Part shown: piece after piece, positions 58,774-64,000 of the stretch | How the letters are laid out: every line of letters begins with the position of its first letter | How positions within the stretch are numbered: the stretch's first letter is position 1 | From: Candidatus Multivoradales bacterium | GTDB lineage: Bacteria; Acidobacteriota; Thermoanaerobaculia; Multivoradales; JAHEKO01 | DNA: 64,000 nucleotides | Direction: 5' to 3' | Assembly (NCBI GenBank): GCA_965223855.1 | Contig: CBDCXM010000009.1 | Coordinates: forward strand, 1,280,001 to 1,344,000 | Position numbers and translations under genes: made by a program | The notes under the pieces: model-generated | The model's input: only the letters and a program-made list of their open reading frames with translations | What the model was told of the DNA's origin: nothing | The model's database searches: none

Positions 58774-60288
58774 CTACCGCCGGCTGCCCGTCGCGGCTGC
58801 GAGATCCCGACGTTGCCCTCCCGGCCGGAGGCGGCCGAGCCCACCGGTCAGCGTCGAGAGGAACATGAACCAGTAGCCGTGGAAGAAGAGAGCGAGGAAC
58901 GGCAGGGACCACCACATTTCGAGCATCCAGGCGAGCGCGATGCTGAGGGTGAAATAGAGAGCAAACAGCCCTTCCGTGATCAGGGAGACGTGGCTTCGAG
59001 CCCTGTAGGCCTTGCCACGCCAGCCGTCGCCGCGACCCTCGATGCGGTACTTCGGCGTGCGCTCGAACACACCGCCGTCCTCGTAGAGACCTTCGACGAC
59101 CGCGCGGGTGTTGTTGATCGCCAGTCCGACGCCGAGCCCCAGCACGGACGGCAGGTCTCGAAACACACCGTCCGAACTGCCGCTCTCGATCCATTGGCTG
59201 ACCACGTAGTAGGCGATCACCGCGATCGTGGCTCCGAAGAAGAGCGGCAGATCGACCACGAGCAGCGTCGCCAGGTCGATGTCGCGGCGCAGGAGCATCG
59301 ACGGGAACACCAGCAGCGACAGCAGCACCATCAACGGATACGCGGCGTTGTTGGTGAGGTGGACGAACGCTTCGAGGCGTGTCGTCCAGGGGAGTGGAGC
59401 GGAAAGCACCCGCCGCAGCAGCTTGCGGGCGGTCTGCATCGCCCCCTTCGACCACCGGAACTGCTGGCGCTTGAACGCAACCACGTCGACCGGCAGCTCG
59501 GCGGGTGCCGTGACGTCCGGCAGGAAGAGAAAGCGCCATCCCGCGAGCTGGGCGCGGTAGGACAGGTCGAGGTCCTCGGTGAGGGTGTCGTGTTCCCAGC
59601 CACCGGCGTCCTCGATCGCCTGGCGACGCCAGATGCCGGCCGTGCCGTTGAAGTTGAAGAAGTTGCCGGCCCGGTGCCGCGCCACGTGCTCGATCAGGAA
59701 GTGGGCGTCGAGGAAGACCGCCTGGGCGCGGGTGAGGCGGCTGTAGTCGCGGTTGAGATGCTCCCAGCGCGCCTGGACGACGCCGAGTTCCGGGTCGGTG
59801 AAGTGCGGCACGGTGAGCCGGAGAAAGTCGGGTCGCGGCACGAAGTCGGCGTCGAAAACGGCCAGGAGCTCACCCGTCGCCTCCCGGCAACCGGCGGCCA
59901 GCGCCCCGGCCTTGTAGCCGGTGCGATCCGCGCGGTGGAGGTGGCGGATGGCGAAGCCGCGTTCGCGGTAGAGGGCGACGCGCGCGGCGACCAGCTGCCG
60001 GGTCTCGTCGGTCGAGTCGTCGAGCACCTGAATCTCGAGACGATCTCTGGGGTAGTCGAGCTCGCAGACCGCGTCGATCAGCCGAGTGGCGACGTAGCGT
60101 TCGTTGAAGATCGGCAACTGCACCGTGATCAGCGGCCAGGGGTCCGGCTCGTCGGGGGTCGCCGGCAGCTGCTTGCGCGTACGGAAGTAGATCGCCAGCA
60201 GTGCCAGCCGATGCAAGCCGTAGAAGGCGAGGATGCCCAGAACCAGGTAGTAGAGTCCCAGCGTCACGCTGCCGATCGGAACGCTCAT
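58774..60288 (-). CDS. GT2 cellulose-synthase-like glycosyltransferase
   Basis: [50 protein letters not shown]. Confidence 0.92.
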   Translation of the reverse strand: MSVPIGSVTLGLYYLVLGILAFYGLHRLALLAIYFRTRKQLPATPDEPDPWPLITVQLPIFNERYVATRLIDAVCELDYPRDRLEIQVLDDSTDETRQLVAARVALYRERGFAIRHLHRADRTGYKAGALAAGCREATGELLAVFDADFVPRPDFLRLTVPHFTDPELGVVQARWEHLNRDYSRLTRAQAVFLDAHFLIEHVARHRAGNFFNFNGTAGIWRRQAIEDAGGWEHDTLTEDLDLSYRAQLAGWRFLFLPDVTAPAELPVDVVAFKRQQFRWSKGAMQTARKLLRRVLSAPLPWTTRLEAFVHLTNNAAYPLMVLLSLLVFPSMLLRRDIDLATLLVVDLPLFFGATIAVIAYYVVSQWIESGSSDGVFRDLPSVLGLGVGLAINNTRAVVEGLYEDGGVFERTPKYRIEGRGDGWRGKAYRARSHVSLITEGLFALYFTLSIALAWMLEMWWSLPFLALFFHGYWFMFLSTLTGGLGRLRPGGQRRDLAAATGSRR

Positions 60289-61634
60289 TGCCAGCCCGCG
60301 CTCATCTCTCGTCCCCGGGTACCGGCTGGAGTGTCATCGCCCTGCTGGCGACCCATGCCGGCCTGCTGTGGCTCCACGATCTGGCCGGTCGACCGTGGTG
60401 GACGCTCGTCCTGACGCTGACCGCATTCGCCGCCCTGGTGCCGCTGGCGCTGGGGGGGGCGAGGCGGCTCGGCGTGCCTCTCCTGCTCGGCCTCGCGGTG
60501 GTGCTGAGACTGCTGCTCGTGCCGCTGCCGCCGACTCTGTCGGACGACGTGCTGCGGTACCTGTGGGACGGCAAGGTGGTCACCAACGGTTCGAATCCCT
60601 ATGCCCTGGTTCCCGATGCCGTCGAACTCTCGGGGCTGCGCGACGAGCGGTGGGAGCGGATGCCCCATCGCGACGTCGAGGCGGTCTACCCGCCCTTCGC
60701 CCTCGGTCTGTTCAGTATAGCGGCGTCGGCTCCGCGACCCGAGATCGCGTGGAAGGTGCTGCTGGTCGCGGTCGAGCTCGTCGGTGCCGGGTTCTTTCTC
60801 GCCTGGGGGCGCCGGCGCGGCATCGGCGACGAGCGGCTCGCGCTCTATCTGTGGAATCCTCTGGTGACGCTGGAGGTGGCAGGGATGGGGCACGTCGACG
60901 GCGCGGGCGTCGCGCTCCTGATGATCGGAGTGTGGGCGCTCGATCGACGCCCGGTGGCCGCAGCCGTCGCTCTCGCCGGTGCCGTCCTGGTGAAGCTCGT
61001 TCCCCTGGCCCTGCTGCCGTTCTGGGCGCGCCGCGCTGCCCGCCGCCGGAGCTTCGTCCTCACCGTGGTACTCCTGCTCGCGGCCGTGCTGGTGCCGCTC
61101 TTCGCCAGCGTCGGTGGGGCGCCGCCCGGGTGGGTCCGCTTCGGCGTCTCGTGGGAGTTCAACGGCCCGCTGTACGAGCCGCTGTGGCGCGGGTTCGACC
61201 GGGTCGACGCCGATCTCCTGGTCAAGGGCGGCCTCGACCGGCTCAAGAGCGCCACCGGCCGGCACGAGTTCTGGAACCGCTTCTATCCCGGTGTCTACCC
61301 TCAGCTGCTCGCCAAGGGCGTGCTGGCGCTGGGACTGTGTTTCTGGCTGGCGCGTCTGTGGCGGGATCGTTCGGCATCGCTCGCCGCAGTGACCGGACGT
61401 AGCTTCGCCGCGGTCATCCTGTTCTCGGCGACGGTCTACCCGTGGTACCTGCTGTGGGTCCTGCCCTGGGCGGCGGCCGCGCTCCATCCGGGGTGGCTCC
61501 TGCTCACCGCGACGATCCAGTTGTCGTACCTGCCTCAGCACCTGGCCCTCCCGCTCTTCCCCTGGCTCTTCTCCGCGATCTGGATTCCGCCACTGGTGCT
61601 GTCATGGAGGAGGGGTGCATGGTCGATGCGCTGA
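60288..61634 (+). CDS. GT-C (GT87/DUF2029-like) polytopic glycosyltransferase
   Basis: LSDDVLRYLWDG, NPY, VYPP, WNPLV..E....GH.D, WEFNG, TVYPWY; start uncertain. Confidence 0.82.
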   Translation: MPARAHLSSPGTGWSVIALLATHAGLLWLHDLAGRPWWTLVLTLTAFAALVPLALGGARRLGVPLLLGLAVVLRLLLVPLPPTLSDDVLRYLWDGKVVTNGSNPYALVPDAVELSGLRDERWERMPHRDVEAVYPPFALGLFSIAASAPRPEIAWKVLLVAVELVGAGFFLAWGRRRGIGDERLALYLWNPLVTLEVAGMGHVDGAGVALLMIGVWALDRRPVAAAVALAGAVLVKLVPLALLPFWARRAARRRSFVLTVVLLLAAVLVPLFASVGGAPPGWVRFGVSWEFNGPLYEPLWRGFDRVDADLLVKGGLDRLKSATGRHEFWNRFYPGVYPQLLAKGVLALGLCFWLARLWRDRSASLAAVTGRSFAAVILFSATVYPWYLLWVLPWAAAALHPGWLLLTATIQLSYLPQHLALPLFPWLFSAIWIPPLVLSWRRGAWSMR

Positions 61635-62380
61635 CGATCGCCTACCGGGGCACCGACTACGCCGGTTGGCAGCGGCAGACCAACGCTCTCGCCGTGCAGC
61701 AGGTGGTCGAGGAGGCGCTGGAGACGGTTCTCGGGCATCGGATCACGATTCATGGAGCGGGGAGGACCGACGCCGGGGTCCACGCCCGCGGGCAGGTCGC
61801 GCATTTCGACAACGAGCGCGACTTTCCCTCCAGCGGGCTCGTGGCGGCGACGAATCGACACCTCCCGTCCGACATACGGATCCTGTCGGCGTGCCGGATG
61901 CCCGCTGGATTCCACGCCCGCAAGCACGCGGCGGCCAAGGAGTATCGCTACCGACTCGTGGCGGCGCAGGTCCTTTCGCCGCTCGACTCGTGGTTTGCCG
62001 TGCGCTGCGCTCCCGGGATCGACCACAGCGCGCTGGAGGCGGCGGCAGTACGACTCCGGGGGCGGCACGATTTCTCGGCCTTCGCTCTCGCCGGCGGTGC
62101 CCACAAGACGTCCGAACGCTCGATCTTCGAAGCCGAGTGGCGGCGACAGGGGGGCGAGCTTTGCTTCCGGGTGGTGGGAGACGGGTTTCTGCGAGGAATG
62201 GTCCGCAGCCTCGTCGGCACGATGCTCGAAGTCGGCACCGGGCGGCGCGACCTCGAGTCGTTTGCGGCGCTACTGGGCGGCGGGGAGCGTTCCGCTGCCG
62301 GGCCGACCGCGCCGCCGCAAGGTCTCGTCCTCTACGAGGTGCGCTACGACGAGCCGTGGCGACCGCTTGCCGTACAATAG
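61619..62380 (+). CDS. truA: tRNA pseudouridine(38-40) synthase
   Basis: AYRGTDYAGWQRQ, GAGRTDAGVHA.GQV, FHAR, GFLRGMVR, TAPPQGL. Confidence 0.96.
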   Translation: MVDALTIAYRGTDYAGWQRQTNALAVQQVVEEALETVLGHRITIHGAGRTDAGVHARGQVAHFDNERDFPSSGLVAATNRHLPSDIRILSACRMPAGFHARKHAAAKEYRYRLVAAQVLSPLDSWFAVRCAPGIDHSALEAAAVRLRGRHDFSAFALAGGAHKTSERSIFEAEWRRQGGELCFRVVGDGFLRGMVRSLVGTMLEVGTGRRDLESFAALLGGGERSAAGPTAPPQGLVLYEVRYDEPWRPLAVQ

Positions 62381-62388
62381 CGCCCGCC

Positions 62389-63210
<822 letters not shown>

Positions 63211-63235
63211 TCCGAGTTCCGGCCGGTCGACCCGA

Positions 63236-64000
63236 ATGAAGCGACTCCTCACTGCCGCCGTGGGTGTGCCGCTGGTGCTGCTGGCGCTGTTCCGGCTGCC
63301 GCCGGTCGGCTTTTTCTGCGTCCTCGGAGCCGTCATCCTCCTGGCGGCGCTCGAGTACGGCCGCCTGACGCTGCCGGAGAGCCCGCTGTTGCGATGCCTG
63401 CTGCTGGCGCTGGTGCCGGTCGCCGCTGTCGCACTGCTCCCCGCCGGGACTTTGCCGGTGTCGCTGTCGCCGGCCTGGCTCGCCCTCGCACTCACTGCGG
63501 GGGTGGGGATCGCCGCGCTGGTCGCGAGGACCGCGGTCGAGCGTGGTCTCTCGGTCGTCGGTGCCCTCGCCTTCGGTGCTCTCTATCTGGGTCTGCCGCT
63601 GGCGGCGCTGGCCGAGCTCCAGCGGCGCTCTCCATGGCTCCTCTTTCTGCTGCTCGCGATCGTCTGGATCGGCGACAGCGCCGCCTACTACATCGGCACC
63701 CGGTTCGGCAGGCACCGTCTGGCACCCGTTCTGAGCCCGAAGAAGAGCTGGGAGGGAGCAGCGGCGGCCCTCGCCGCGAGTCTCGTCTCGGCGATCGTCT
63801 GGGCCTGGTGGCGCGAGGGAGCGGTCGACGGCGTTCTGGTGGCGCTCGCCGTCGCCACCTCGATCGCGGCCCAGCTCGGCGACCTCGTCGAGTCGATGCT
63901 GAAAAGGGGCGCCGGGGTGAAGGACTCGGGAACGCTGCTGCCGGGACACGGAGGCTTTCTCGACCGGCTCGATGCGATGCTCTTTGCGGCGCCGGTCTGG
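63236..64000 (+). CDS. cdsA: Phosphatidate cytidylyltransferase (3' end beyond window)
   Basis: Translated by hand: GDSAAYYIG..FGRHRLAPVLSPKKSWEG, GDLVESMLKR.AGVKDSG.LLPGHGGFLDRLD. Confidence 0.93.
   Translation, partial: MKRLLTAAVGVPLVLLALFRLPPVGFFCVLGAVILLAALEYGRLTLPESPLLRCLLLALVPVAAVALLPAGTLPVSLSPAWLALALTAGVGIAALVARTAVERGLSVVGALAFGALYLGLPLAALAELQRRSPWLLFLLLAIVWIGDSAAYYIGTRFGRHRLAPVLSPKKSWEGAAAALAASLVSAIVWAWWREGAVDGVLVALAVATSIAAQLGDLVESMLKRGAGVKDSGTLLPGHGGFLDRLDAMLFAAPVW

Overview
High-GC bacterial chromosomal window. The gene content and an FxDGFESGD protein tail suggest Acidobacteriota, possibly Thermoanaerobaculia (inference). Most of it is housekeeping or envelope genes: an ECF sigma/anti-sigma/DUF4097 operon, thiG, deoxynucleoside kinase, futalosine-pathway mqnE, ubiA/mqnP and ubiX, a TetR-MMPL-LolA-like-barrel operon, ada/alkA-ogt, mglBA, yvcK-glmU-glmS, uvrD, GT2/GT87, truA-uppS-cdsA. 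There are three accessory regions. (1) 1-888 is the edge of a probable island at the 3' end of tRNA-Arg(ACG). (2) 11804-22322 is a tyrosine-integrase element inserted into the 5' end of ubiA/mqnP, with 38-bp att repeats, tandem arm-like repeats and a replacement N-terminus. It has a frameshifted mobility module and intact defence cargo: an Mrr-like nuclease, a Lamassu/ABC-3C system with a Cap4-type nuclease, and a PD-(D/E)XK protein. (3) About 22.4-26.2 kb is an adjacent foreign-looking block encoding a membrane-anchored HerA-like ATPase, a small Cys-rich protein and a tandem double-HEPN-like protein; this is the best candidate for an undescribed system. Two structured non-coding elements stand out: a MITE-like hairpin at 36702-36884 and an inverted pair of ~183-nt GTAG-footed hairpins with compensatory stem replacement at 49042-49537. 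Single-base frameshifts in core genes (mqnE, tetR, glmS) suggest indel errors in the assembly, so pseudogene calls are tentative. All product calls come from motif recognition by eye; no searches were run.
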